IMG/VR virus record: IMGVR_UViG_3300029288_000065
Coordinates: 169,960 to 233,959 of that record
Length of the DNA stretch: 64,000 nucleotides
Reading direction: 5' to 3' (one strand)
From: a virus
Taxonomy: Duplodnaviria > Caudoviricetes
The position numbers were made by a program, and so were the translations under genes. Shown here piece after piece: positions 1 through 8,128 of this stretch (position 1 is its first letter; every line of letters begins with the position of its first letter). The notes below the pieces were generated by a model. It was not told the DNA's origin. It was given only the letters and a program-made list of their open reading frames with translations, and searched no databases.

Positions 1-150
1 TGCTCTACTCTTGTGAATCAGTGCCGTGACTCCGTCCTTGTCCTTGATCTTGATCGCGTTCTTGTCAATCTCTTTAACTATTTCGTATTCATCATCAAGT
101 GTTCCCTCTGGGCCTTTGAGCTTGATCCTGGTTCCCGCTACGTATTCCAT
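1..150 (-). CDS. Hypothetical protein, 5' part only (runs off the window)
   Basis: Manual translation MEYVAGTRIKLKGPEGTLDDEYEIVKEIDKNAIKIKDKDG...; purine-rich RBS (AGAAGAGG) upstream. Confidence 0.7.
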   Translation of the reverse strand, partial: MEYVAGTRIKLKGPEGTLDDEYEIVKEIDKNAIKIKDKDGVTALIHKSRA

Positions 151-245
151 GATCGCCTCTTCTGCTGTCGCTGCGCGCACCAATAATTGCGCATTACGCT
201 TGTATCAGCATGAAGTCATTTGTCAATGGGTCAGAATGTGACTTC

Positions 246-551
246 TCAGCGACGCGAATTACTCTTCCTAAGACGCGTAAGCCAGCGCTTGGGCCGATCC
301 AAACACCTAACTTGGCTATGTATCTTCCTATAGGTATCGGCTTCATGCTTGTGGCTTTTTGGTATGAACTCAAGTCCAGATTGACCAGTAGTAACAGTAT
401 AACAATACCAATCAGTCGGTACAATACATTCACCATGCCTATTCTTATATTGTGGATATTCAGGGGTATCAGAAATATCCCCACCAGTAATAACTTGGAC
501 AGAAGATGAAGACACATTATAAGCAGGATATATATTCATGAGAAGCTCCAA
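246..551 (-). CDS. Hypothetical protein
   Basis: 101-aa ORF on the dominant strand; no motif recognised. Confidence 0.4.
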   Translation of the reverse strand: MELLMNIYPAYNVSSSSVQVITGGDISDTPEYPQYKNRHGECIVPTDWYCYTVTTGQSGLEFIPKSHKHEADTYRKIHSQVRCLDRPKRWLTRLRKSNSRR

Positions 552-623
552 TACTTAAATACATTTCTCATTATTATTCCTCCTAATGGTTATTGTCAAA
601 AATATCTAAAACAGGAGAGAACC

Positions 624-908
624 ATGAAACTAGACGCTATACAATCTGATCAAAGAAAAGTTGAAAATCTCATCAAAGAAAATGTCATAACCGAACAAGA
701 TGTCCAAGAAAAAGGTAATCTAAATACCGTAAAAAAACTATCAGACTGGGTTGCAAAATATAACGAAGACATGAAAAAAGCCCTGGACCTGAACGATATT
801 CGTAATGCCAGATTACACTTGGCAGAAGTTAAGTACGCTTGCTCACAAATGGAAGATCACTTGACGATGCTGGCGAAGGAGATGGGATTGCCAGACTTTG
901 ATTTCTAA
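624..908 (+). CDS. Helical hypothetical protein, possibly head-packaged (LIKE/VITE motifs)
   Basis: Strong RBS (CAGGAGAG); 94 aa; first gene of the only plus-strand island. Confidence 0.75.
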   Translation: MKLDAIQSDQRKVENLIKENVITEQDVQEKGNLNTVKKLSDWVAKYNEDMKKALDLNDIRNARLHLAEVKYACSQMEDHLTMLAKEMGLPDFDF

Positions 909-915
909 GGATACC

Positions 916-1299
916 ATGGAACCCTCTCAAATAGCATCGTTGATCACCGAAGACATCCATGATAATAATGGACTTATACTCGAACATAAATGGAAAGATA
1001 TTAAATATTTGTTGTCAAATTGGAGACAGATACCAGTATTGGCTGATAGATATGGGAGACCATTATATAATCCTGAACTTATAAATGATAATGATTTTAT
1101 GACCAATATTGTAGAAATACTCAACAAAGATGAATATTATCATGGTACATTTGGTCAAGAACAAAATCTACAACTACTTGCTGATCGTTTGGCAGATGCG
1201 AAGAAATATCATAAGCCAGGTCTGATGGGTGCTGGACATTCTCCAGGTCGTTTGGAACGAAGCGGTTATGAGAAACGTCATCCAGTAGAGCGTGTTTGA
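916..1299 (+). CDS. Hypothetical protein with N-terminal IASLITED/LILE, a putative head-targeting or protease-cleaved leader
   Basis: RBS AAGGA before ATG at 916; MEPSQIASLITEDIHDNNGLILEH. Confidence 0.7.
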   Translation: MEPSQIASLITEDIHDNNGLILEHKWKDIKYLLSNWRQIPVLADRYGRPLYNPELINDNDFMTNIVEILNKDEYYHGTFGQEQNLQLLADRLADAKKYHKPGLMGAGHSPGRLERSGYEKRHPVERV

Positions 1300-1502
1300 A
1301 TTTCCAGAACCAATTCTTCTTCAGATTTAAATTCTCTAAGTTCTCCATTGAAGTAGAAGATTATATCTTCGCTTTCTGGATTTCCGTTTTGGTCTATTTT
1401 TATGATTGCTTCTTTACAGACGTTGTACTTTACATCTCTAAAGAGGATATTATATGTTCCACCGAGATCTTTGGCGCAGCATTGTTCCCAGGTGAATGTC
1501 AT
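1278..1502 (-). CDS. Hypothetical protein
   Basis: RBS AAGGAGGA; 74 aa; converges on the plus-strand island. Confidence 0.6.
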   Translation of the reverse strand: MTFTWEQCCAKDLGGTYNILFRDVKYNVCKEAIIKIDQNGNPESEDIIFYFNGELREFKSEEELVLEIQTRSTG

Positions 1503-1523
1503 TTTATCCTCCTTTCAAGACTT

Positions 1524-1865
1524 CTATGATGACACCGTTCTGTATGGATCTTCCATTATCATCTTATCAATTACTTCCGAAATATATCTTGGGTTACAAT
1601 CTGGGTCTGAGAAATCTTTTTCAAAAATAATTTCTCCAGGTTCTAATACTGGTTGGATAGAAAATTTATCCCTCCTAATAGTAATCCCACTATCAGTTAT
1701 ACTAAGGGAACCAAGGACATAATGGTTTTGTCCATCTTTGATAATGAATATATCATGGTTATTGAAATGATTATTCGTATTATGAAACCAGATATATCCT
1801 TCCGTAAGTCTGATATGGTCCATAAAATCTCTAAGGATTACTCTGGACATTTCCATCTTTTTCAC
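1524..1865 (-). CDS. DP-motif family protein
   Basis: C-terminal EKDFSDPDCNPRYISEVI. Confidence 0.7.
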   Translation of the reverse strand: MKKMEMSRVILRDFMDHIRLTEGYIWFHNTNNHFNNHDIFIIKDGQNHYVLGSLSITDSGITIRRDKFSIQPVLEPGEIIFEKDFSDPDCNPRYISEVIDKMIMEDPYRTVSS

Positions 1866-2247
1866 CCTCCGACTTAAATTGCTCTAGAATAATATCGATA
1901 GATTTGGGGTCATTGAGATTGGTTAATGGCAATTCTTTGGACCATCCAGATGGCATTGTGTGACTTTCAATCCATTTTTGGTAAGAAACTTCTCCATTTA
2001 TATGGACGACTACAATTATATCATAATAACAGATATTAAATCCTATTGCTGGCCCAAGAGTTATACCACCTGGTCTTTCATATTCAACGTTTAAGAAGAC
2101 TTCTCGCGTATTAACTTTTTCTATTACTTGTGTTACTAATTTTACTGCTAATGATGCTATTTCTTCTCCAAAAGATTTTCTGATCTCTACGTAACGGAGT
2201 TGGTTTCTTTTAAGCATATTTGGTCTTGCTGGTGATTTGTTCCACAT
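1831..2247 (-). CDS. DP-motif family protein
   Basis: C-terminal LTNLNDPKSIDIILEQF; RBS GGAGG. Confidence 0.7.
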   Translation of the reverse strand: MWNKSPARPNMLKRNQLRYVEIRKSFGEEIASLAVKLVTQVIEKVNTREVFLNVEYERPGGITLGPAIGFNICYYDIIVVVHINGEVSYQKWIESHTMPSGWSKELPLTNLNDPKSIDIILEQFKSEGEKDGNVQSNP

Positions 2248-2276
2248 GATGTATTCCTCCGAAAGCTTTTAGTATA

Positions 2277-2420
2277 ATTTGGGCTGGTGGGTGCCGCTTC
2301 CTTGTCCCGAGATGACTAGTATCGCAGGTCATTCCCGACTCAATGAGTTAGGTAGCCCACGCAATCGCCTTTCGGCTCTCATGGTGCGGGACGAGTTTGA
2401 AGAGGTCCACCAGCCCAAAT
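2277..2420 (-). ncRNA. Candidate structured RNA (~144 nt) closed by a 14-bp stem; 6S-like architecture possible
   Basis: Perfect inverted repeat ATTTGGGCTGGTGG (2277-2290) / CCACCAGCCCAAAT (2407-2420). Further pairings CUUC/GAAG, CUCGUCCCG/CGGGACAAG, AUGAG/CUCAU, a GCC-GAAA-GGC GNRA hairpin and an AUGAC/GUCAU hairpin. GC-rich island in AT-rich context. Confidence 0.5.
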
Positions 2421-2990
2421 GAGTATGTTCTTATCTTTGTGCCCTGTCTTATCAATCGCATAAATCGAAGCCAACTTCCAAAGTGGTTTCCTTTGTTTTA
2501 ATATTCCCTTTATTTCTAGAGCAAACTCTGGATCTTTCATTTTCTCAATATTATTTTCATATCTACCAATATATAATGACTTTAATTCGTCATTTTCATT
2601 ATAAGCCCATGCCTTAACTTTTAAGCCAGAATGACTGATTTCTTCTGATTTTAACGGTACGTATATTGGTGCTGCTTTTCGTTTGTTTAGGTGACGGTCC
2701 AGACAAATCTCAACTGTGACAATCATAGCATTCCAGACAACAAATGTGAATAGTCCCGATCTGAAAAAGATTGTATCATTCCCATATCTTTTTAATCGGA
2801 CTTTGTCTTTCGCAGTTAAATTGATAACTTTGTCAGCTTGATGGAAGCGTTTACAGAATTCTTCAAGCATATTGGTTTTCTTCCCGTTGGGGAATAACCT
2901 TGCCCAACGAGAAGAAAACCGCCACATTGCATGGTCTGTAATTCCAAGTGTAATTATTTTCCCTTTTTTGTTCTTGTAACTCGGAAGCAT
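2379..2990 (-). CDS. Putative RelE/DUF4258-like fold protein with a C-terminal DP-like motif
   Basis: ITDHAMWRF..R and FVV....IVTV motifs typical of T-x-H-A-x-x-R RelE-like proteins; KMKDPEFALEI. Confidence 0.5.
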   Translation of the reverse strand: MLPSYKNKKGKIITLGITDHAMWRFSSRWARLFPNGKKTNMLEEFCKRFHQADKVINLTAKDKVRLKRYGNDTIFFRSGLFTFVVWNAMIVTVEICLDRHLNKRKAAPIYVPLKSEEISHSGLKVKAWAYNENDELKSLYIGRYENNIEKMKDPEFALEIKGILKQRKPLWKLASIYAIDKTGHKDKNILIWAGGPLQTRPAP

Positions 2991-3094
2991 AATTACCTAT
3001 CCAGGAGGTAGCGCTCCACCAACCATCCTTCCTTACCTTTTTGTGGACCGGTTTGGACACGGACGTAGTAATCACGCCACACATCATTACTGTA

Positions 3095-5059
3095 TCAGCA
3101 GCGGATTGCGCGAAGAATCTTCATCTTCGCATTGTGGAGAACCTGCCTAACATGCTTTAGATTAACGTCTCTTGCGGCTGCAACAGTCAAGACCCCAGGA
3201 ATGGTCTTTTCCTTGGTACCGGTATCATCCTTCTCCTTAATAGGAGACTTGAATACCAGAGGATACTGGTGAGCAATTTCCTCTACTTCCTTGATTTTCT
3301 GATGATCAAGGCCATAAGCCTGAGCGAACACCAGATTCTCTTCCAGAGTCAAACCAGCAAACTTCCTGGCCGTCTGGACCAGAGGGTAAAACTTCGGATC
3401 TTCCTCCAACTCCTCGAAAGAGAGATCCTGGAGCTTCTTGTCGCCAGCTTCCTGGAACTGGGCAATCCTCTGACGAGAAACGGTCCTGTTCTTGTTGGTA
3501 TCATTGGTCAACTTGCCGAAGTTATTGGCTATCTCAGAACCAGCCAATTTCTCCTTCCCGTTGATCCCATAGATGTGCTCCAACACCACACGCTGCTTGT
3601 CAGAAAGGACTACTTGGGAAGTAAGCCTGCTTACCAGTTCTACCATCTCATTCTGGCTAGCAATCTCATCCGGCTGAGCGAACGGAATACCAGTCTGGAA
3701 TCCACCATCAGTCCTCTTGGCGAGCAAGTCAGCCTTCTGAGAATAGCTGACCGTACCAGTCAGGACTCCACCCTCTTCAGGATCTTCTGCCCCATCCAGA
3801 CTCACAGGATTCCCATGGAAATCAGGATTAGTGGCGAAAAGCTGAACCAGGTCAGCCACGCATTGGACACGGTCAGAACTACTGGCATTTAGTGATACCT
3901 TCCTGGACCCAGGAGTATTGTTGAACTTCAAGTTTAGATAATCAACCAGGTAATCCAGAACATCGCCATCCAGGTTTCTGAGGTTAAACTTCCCAGAAAC
4001 TACCCAAATGTAGACGTTCTTCTGACCAAGTTTCTGGATCAGTCGGTATTGCCAGTTGGGAGGAGTACCGATTCCCAGACCATCAGTCCCGTTGATAATT
4101 TCATAGGACTTGTCAGACTTTGACAGTTCAAGATATGAATTGAAACCCTGGTCCTTAGCAATTTCGTCCAGTTCTCTGGACCCGATAGGCCCCAGGAAGT
4201 TCTCTTCCCAATAAATTATCTCGTCGAGATATTCATATACTTTGTCCTTTATTTCTTGGATCTTTGTCTCGGATTTTACATCTTCGAAGGATTCATATTT
4301 TAGCGTCTGGGCATGCCTGTCCATTTCATGTTGCTTGACTTTTCCAGTCAGATAGATGGTGATTGCTTGTAGAACTTCGGTCACGGACGGGCGTTTTTCA
4401 GGAGTTTTTACGATTCCTGATTGGGCTGACGGGCGGCGTGTACTGGTTCTGATTCTGCTGTAGCCGTGCTTGGCGAATGGTGCCATTCCTGCATCGGTCT
4501 TGATTGCGAACATCAGGCCTATTGCGCCGTTCTGTTTGCATTCGTCCACGTCGCAGCGCTTGGAGTAGTAGCGTTTGGCGTTTTCTCCAATATAATTGCT
4601 CATTGCCTCTACGAGTTCGTCTTGTGTCCAGTTGTAGAGGAGTGGATGTTTGATCTTGTTGAGGGAGTCGAAGGTCTTGGGGAGCTTGCAGAATTCTTCG
4701 TATTCTTCCTTGGTCGGGAGGCCTTGGTAGCGGGTAATCTCGACTCCGTTCACTTTGACTTTTAGGATTTGTGTAATCTTCTTTAGAGTCTTGACTGAGC
4801 GTTGGACGTTGAAGAAGATTTGGATTTTTTCTTCCGGGACGCCGATGGAGAGCAGGTGGTCGCGGATGACTTTTTCGAGTTCTTGGTTTTTGCTGTTGTC
4901 TTCTTTCTTTTGTTTCTTGATGCTTTTCTTGTCATAGACGATTTCGGCGCGGATGAATTGTTCTGCTTCTTTGTTTCCGATATTAGCCGTCAGGTTCTGA
5001 CGGATTTCCTCTAGCAGAAGGGCATGATCAGAGACGATGAGGGGTGGTTCTTTGGACAT
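3095..5059 (-). CDS. Phage sigma-70-family RNA polymerase sigma factor, large, with two region-4-like HTH domains
   Basis: Region 2-like DVDECKQNGAIGLMFAIK...FAKHGYSRIRTS; region 4 LSDKQRVVLEHIYGI...EIA...VSRQRIAQFQEAGDKKL; second region 4 LTLEENLVFAQAYGL...EEIA...VRQVLHNAKMKI; RBS AAGGAG before ATG 5059. Confidence 0.75.
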   Translation of the reverse strand: MSKEPPLIVSDHALLLEEIRQNLTANIGNKEAEQFIRAEIVYDKKSIKKQKKEDNSKNQELEKVIRDHLLSIGVPEEKIQIFFNVQRSVKTLKKITQILKVKVNGVEITRYQGLPTKEEYEEFCKLPKTFDSLNKIKHPLLYNWTQDELVEAMSNYIGENAKRYYSKRCDVDECKQNGAIGLMFAIKTDAGMAPFAKHGYSRIRTSTRRPSAQSGIVKTPEKRPSVTEVLQAITIYLTGKVKQHEMDRHAQTLKYESFEDVKSETKIQEIKDKVYEYLDEIIYWEENFLGPIGSRELDEIAKDQGFNSYLELSKSDKSYEIINGTDGLGIGTPPNWQYRLIQKLGQKNVYIWVVSGKFNLRNLDGDVLDYLVDYLNLKFNNTPGSRKVSLNASSSDRVQCVADLVQLFATNPDFHGNPVSLDGAEDPEEGGVLTGTVSYSQKADLLAKRTDGGFQTGIPFAQPDEIASQNEMVELVSRLTSQVVLSDKQRVVLEHIYGINGKEKLAGSEIANNFGKLTNDTNKNRTVSRQRIAQFQEAGDKKLQDLSFEELEEDPKFYPLVQTARKFAGLTLEENLVFAQAYGLDHQKIKEVEEIAHQYPLVFKSPIKEKDDTGTKEKTIPGVLTVAAARDVNLKHVRQVLHNAKMKILRAIRC

Positions 5060-5103
5060 GTTCGGCTCCTTTCGTCGCACGAACGGCACGAGATGACACG
5101 AGA

Positions 5104-5132
5104 ATTTTACCACATTTGGTGGTTTTTGTCAA
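5104..5132 (-). promoter_or_regulatory. Consensus host sigma-70 promoter driving the phage sigma gene
   Basis: Minus strand TTGACA-17 nt-TAAAAT with TG extended -10 (TGTGGTAAAAT). Confidence 0.75.
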
Positions 5133-5159
5133 GTATCGAGTTTGTGCGAATACCAAGAG

Positions 5160-5846
5160 TTATTTTTGATTATAACTTACATTTAACTCTGATAACAGTG
5201 TTTCCCAGTTCGAACTGAAATATTTAATCAAAGTCAACAAGTGGTCAAGAGTTTTTCCTTTCGGATCTGCTAAGTCCGTTGGGATTATATGATCTGGATT
5301 ACGGTGATTCTGTAACCTAAAGACGACATTCCCATCAACAATCAGGATGAAGAAAGGCATAATAGTTGGACTTACGATAAGGTAAGGAACTTCTGAGTTA
5401 TTATAATCCCGATAAGTGTATCGAGATACTTTGTAACCTTGTTCTTTCAAGAAGAATTTGATTACATTTAGGGTATCTGGGTTTTCCTTTAGTTGTTTCT
5501 TCTTTAGGATTTGTTTTCGGTCATCTTCGATATGTTCTATAATCTTGTCACATAATCCGATATGTCCGTTGGTGTAGATTCTATCATGCCAGATATCTCT
5601 AAACCGTGCTGTTTGGATAGCCATATATAAGTTTGTTTCCGTTTCCGTAAAGATCACGAAATACTTCTCATTCTTATACTTTATAGTGAAGATATACTTG
5701 GTTTCAGTCCAAGTAGCACCTGGATATTTTGGTTCAGTAATTACTCTAAAATCAGTAGTTTGAAACGATTTGCTGTCGTCCAGCCAAGTTTTAAATTCCT
5801 GCAATTTTCTCAGCTGTTCAGGATCTTCTTTTATGACGCCACCCAT
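5160..5846 (-). CDS. DP-motif family protein
   Basis: PTDLADPKGKTLDHLLTLI near the C-terminus; likely start ATG 5846 with GGAG. Confidence 0.7.
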   Translation of the reverse strand: MGGVIKEDPEQLRKLQEFKTWLDDSKSFQTTDFRVITEPKYPGATWTETKYIFTIKYKNEKYFVIFTETETNLYMAIQTARFRDIWHDRIYTNGHIGLCDKIIEHIEDDRKQILKKKQLKENPDTLNVIKFFLKEQGYKVSRYTYRDYNNSEVPYLIVSPTIMPFFILIVDGNVVFRLQNHRNPDHIIPTDLADPKGKTLDHLLTLIKYFSSNWETLLSELNVSYNQK

Positions 5847-6040
5847 TCTCTGATCTCCTGTATGCTTTTCTTTGAACCCATGACAGTAAATCTCCAAACA
5901 CCATTCCCAAGGTGCGTCGGATTTAATACCTTCACTCTGTACCTGGGCCATCCCTGCACATCCATGATATTATCCTGTATTTCTCGTTTTCTGTTTTCAG
6001 TGTCGAATGTCCATTTCTGTTTCCAGGAGATTCTTTTCAT
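5831..6040 (-). CDS. Hypothetical protein
   Basis: ATGA-coupled to the upstream gene; 69 aa. Confidence 0.55.
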   Translation of the reverse strand: MKRISWKQKWTFDTENRKREIQDNIMDVQGWPRYRVKVLNPTHLGNGVWRFTVMGSKKSIQEIREWVAS

Positions 6041-6537
6041 GGTGCTTCTCCTATCGCGAACATCTTCAAGAGTTTTCTGTTTTCTTCTGGAGATGGAGAA
6101 TTCTTCCCAGCTTCATGAAGTGCTGTCCAAACTTGAGCATAAATTCCATTGCTCTTCCAAGCTTCCAGGATTGACATCAAACCATCAATTGAAATCTCAT
6201 TGGCTGATTCAGCGGTCATTTGGGCATCAAAGAAAGCGCATCCGAATGGTGCGTTTTTGTGAATCTTGCAACTCATATCATCACAGAAGAATCTACAACT
6301 CCCCTTTGCGTTTCTGGCAGGGACAAGAGTTGGTATCTTTACAATTTCTCCATCCATTACTACTGTTGCTCCTGGACTAGCCAGTAGATTTTCCATCGCC
6401 CATTCCATAATCGGCTTCTTCCCGGCCATTCTCGGAAGATCATTGGGAATAAGGTAGCCTGGGATGAAGACGCAATTCAGGATGTCATTCGTACTCGCGC
6501 TGCTTGTTCTAGTGTATCCGAATTCAGTCCTGGCCAT
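6037..6537 (-). CDS. YkgJ/CxxCxxCC-like Zn/Fe-chelating domain protein, N-terminal cysteines degenerate
   Basis: PGYLIPND...CRFF....CKIH...PFGC..F pattern. Confidence 0.6.
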   Translation of the reverse strand: MARTEFGYTRTSSASTNDILNCVFIPGYLIPNDLPRMAGKKPIMEWAMENLLASPGATVVMDGEIVKIPTLVPARNAKGSCRFFCDDMSCKIHKNAPFGCAFFDAQMTAESANEISIDGLMSILEAWKSNGIYAQVWTALHEAGKNSPSPEENRKLLKMFAIGEAP

Positions 6538-6812
6538 GTTACCCCCAATTCTTTGAGTCTGTCGTAGTTGACTTTATAAAATCCAGGTATATTACTCTCA
6601 AATGTATGCAATATTCTGGATTTCAACCACACTAATATAATGTTGTCGACATCTTGATCCAATTCTTCAAAATCATCATAATGGGATTTATATTTAAAAA
6701 CCCAATAATTTTCAAATGATGTTTGGGTGAACCAAGTGCTGAAAGCGATATATTCCCAATATTCTTCAAAGATCTTGAGTAAATCACAGTTTGGATCGTG
6801 TATGTCTACCAT
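6477..6812 (-). CDS. N-terminal DP-motif protein, winged-helix-like subfamily
   Basis: MVDIHDPNCDLLKIFEEYW...VWLKSRIL. Confidence 0.65.
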   Translation of the reverse strand: MVDIHDPNCDLLKIFEEYWEYIAFSTWFTQTSFENYWVFKYKSHYDDFEELDQDVDNIILVWLKSRILHTFESNIPGFYKVNYDRLKELGVTWPGLNSDTLEQAARVRMTS

Positions 6813-7162
6813 CGGCCTAACCTCGTTAGAAATTTCTTGTGGCTCATAATGTCTTTTGTAATATATCTCTTCATATTCTTAATTGAATTGGGATCTGAGA
6901 GTGGAAATAGATATGACCTATTTCCACACCATAATTTAAAATTATCATCTTGGAAACATATATCCCAGTAGATTTCAGTATTACTCTTACAAAATCCTAT
7001 CGATAATGTTGTTGGTCTTTGCATGAATGATAATTTATCGACAAAAAAGAGCTTTGACTCAACTTCCCAGAATTTAAATTTCTTTTGACGATAATGTTTT
7101 TCCATGTCCTTCCTCAATTCATCCAATATCTTGTCTTCTGTTTTCATTTGATCGTACCACAT
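6806..7162 (-). CDS. DP-motif family protein
   Basis: LFPLSDPNSIKNMKRYI. Confidence 0.7.
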   Translation of the reverse strand: MWYDQMKTEDKILDELRKDMEKHYRQKKFKFWEVESKLFFVDKLSFMQRPTTLSIGFCKSNTEIYWDICFQDDNFKLWCGNRSYLFPLSDPNSIKNMKRYITKDIMSHKKFLTRLGRW

Positions 7163-7683
7163 TTCCCAAGGAATTGTTGGACACTTGTGTTCAACTCTTT
7201 AAAGAATTTCTCATGTTCAGTCTTTTTCTGGTATGCCAGATCAATAAGTCCAACTATCTTCTCTGGATCGAAGCATGGGTCTGATATAAGACATGTGTCT
7301 ATATTCCAGTCGATTGATCCTTCGTCATCAGTGAAGATATTAATCTCTATATTAATAATATTATCATCATTTGGGTTTAAAAAGATGCGCATATCACTAT
7401 CTCCATTATCTTTATGCCCAATATCTATGGAATAATTATTCCAATCTACATCATATTTAATTTTACGATTCTTGCAAATCATAACTATCTTAGAAAGAAT
7501 CAGTTTCTTTACATCAGAATATTTAACAGCTTTATTTATGTGTAGTTGTTCATATTTCTTGTTCAACTCATCATTGTGTTTTAAAAGGGCTTCTGCAAGT
7601 TCTTTCATAGCTGTTGGTGAATATGGAATAGCAACATGTACTCTCTTATTGTAACATAATTTTAAATCTACTGGTTTTCCCAA
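7144..7683 (-). CDS. DP-motif family protein
   Basis: TCLISDPCFDPEKIVGLI followed by a helical tail. Confidence 0.7.
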   Translation of the reverse strand: MGKPVDLKLCYNKRVHVAIPYSPTAMKELAEALLKHNDELNKKYEQLHINKAVKYSDVKKLILSKIVMICKNRKIKYDVDWNNYSIDIGHKDNGDSDMRIFLNPNDDNIINIEINIFTDDEGSIDWNIDTCLISDPCFDPEKIVGLIDLAYQKKTEHEKFFKELNTSVQQFLGKCGTIK

Positions 7684-7907
7684 TTATCGCAATTAATATT
7701 CCACCTCCGACTATTTATAATAATTCTAATTGTATGATATCCGTTATGGGTCTCAGTACCATAATTTGCTTTAAAGGCGGGTTTACTTTCGTCGTCGATC
7801 CAATAACATAGCCTATCAAAAGCTATATCCCCAAAATTCCCCAATTCTTTTGAAATTCGCAGCGATATTTCTCTTGCTCTACGCCCATCAGCATCTATTG
7901 TCTCCAT
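7668..7907 (-). CDS. Hypothetical protein
   Basis: RBS GGAGAGAAAGGG; overlaps neighbour. Confidence 0.6.
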   Translation of the reverse strand: METIDADGRRAREISLRISKELGNFGDIAFDRLCYWIDDESKPAFKANYGTETHNGYHTIRIIINSRRWNINCDNWENQ

Positions 7908-7918
7908 CCCTTTCTCTC

Positions 7919-8119
7919 CTAATCACACCATGGACCAAAATGTTGTATCTTTTTGTCTTTATGGAGTTTGTGTAGAGATTCACTTAATGCATCCCAGAGT
8001 TGACGTTTTAGTTTTCTTGCCCCTGTCGTCGTTTCAATTTCAACCGAGAAGTCTTCAAAAATATTATCATCTTTTTCTGAGGACACAGTAACGTTGACGG
8101 TAAAATTTTTCTTTTTCAT
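7919..8119 (-). CDS. Hypothetical protein
   Basis: RBS AGGAG; 66 aa. Confidence 0.6.
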   Translation of the reverse strand: MKKKNFTVNVTVSSEKDDNIFEDFSVEIETTTGARKLKRQLWDALSESLHKLHKDKKIQHFGPWCD

Positions 8120-8128
8120 TTTATTCTC

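Noticed and set aside
2281-2310. AAGGAAGCGGC resembling the SRP RNA domain IV sequence
   Set aside because: The paired CAGG-GNRA helix 8 of SRP RNA is absent.
2355-2385. Hammerhead-like AUGAGAGCCGAAAGGCGA within the structured element
   Set aside because: It lacks the invariant CUGAUGA and GAAA(C) core in the correct register.
3269-3892. Long plus-strand ORFs (3269-3892, 13248-13910, 18289-18993, 33710-34822, 42575-43081 and others)
   Set aside because: They are antisense shadows of well-supported minus-strand genes, have no RBS, and show the Leu/Phe-rich composition expected from reverse-frame codon bias.
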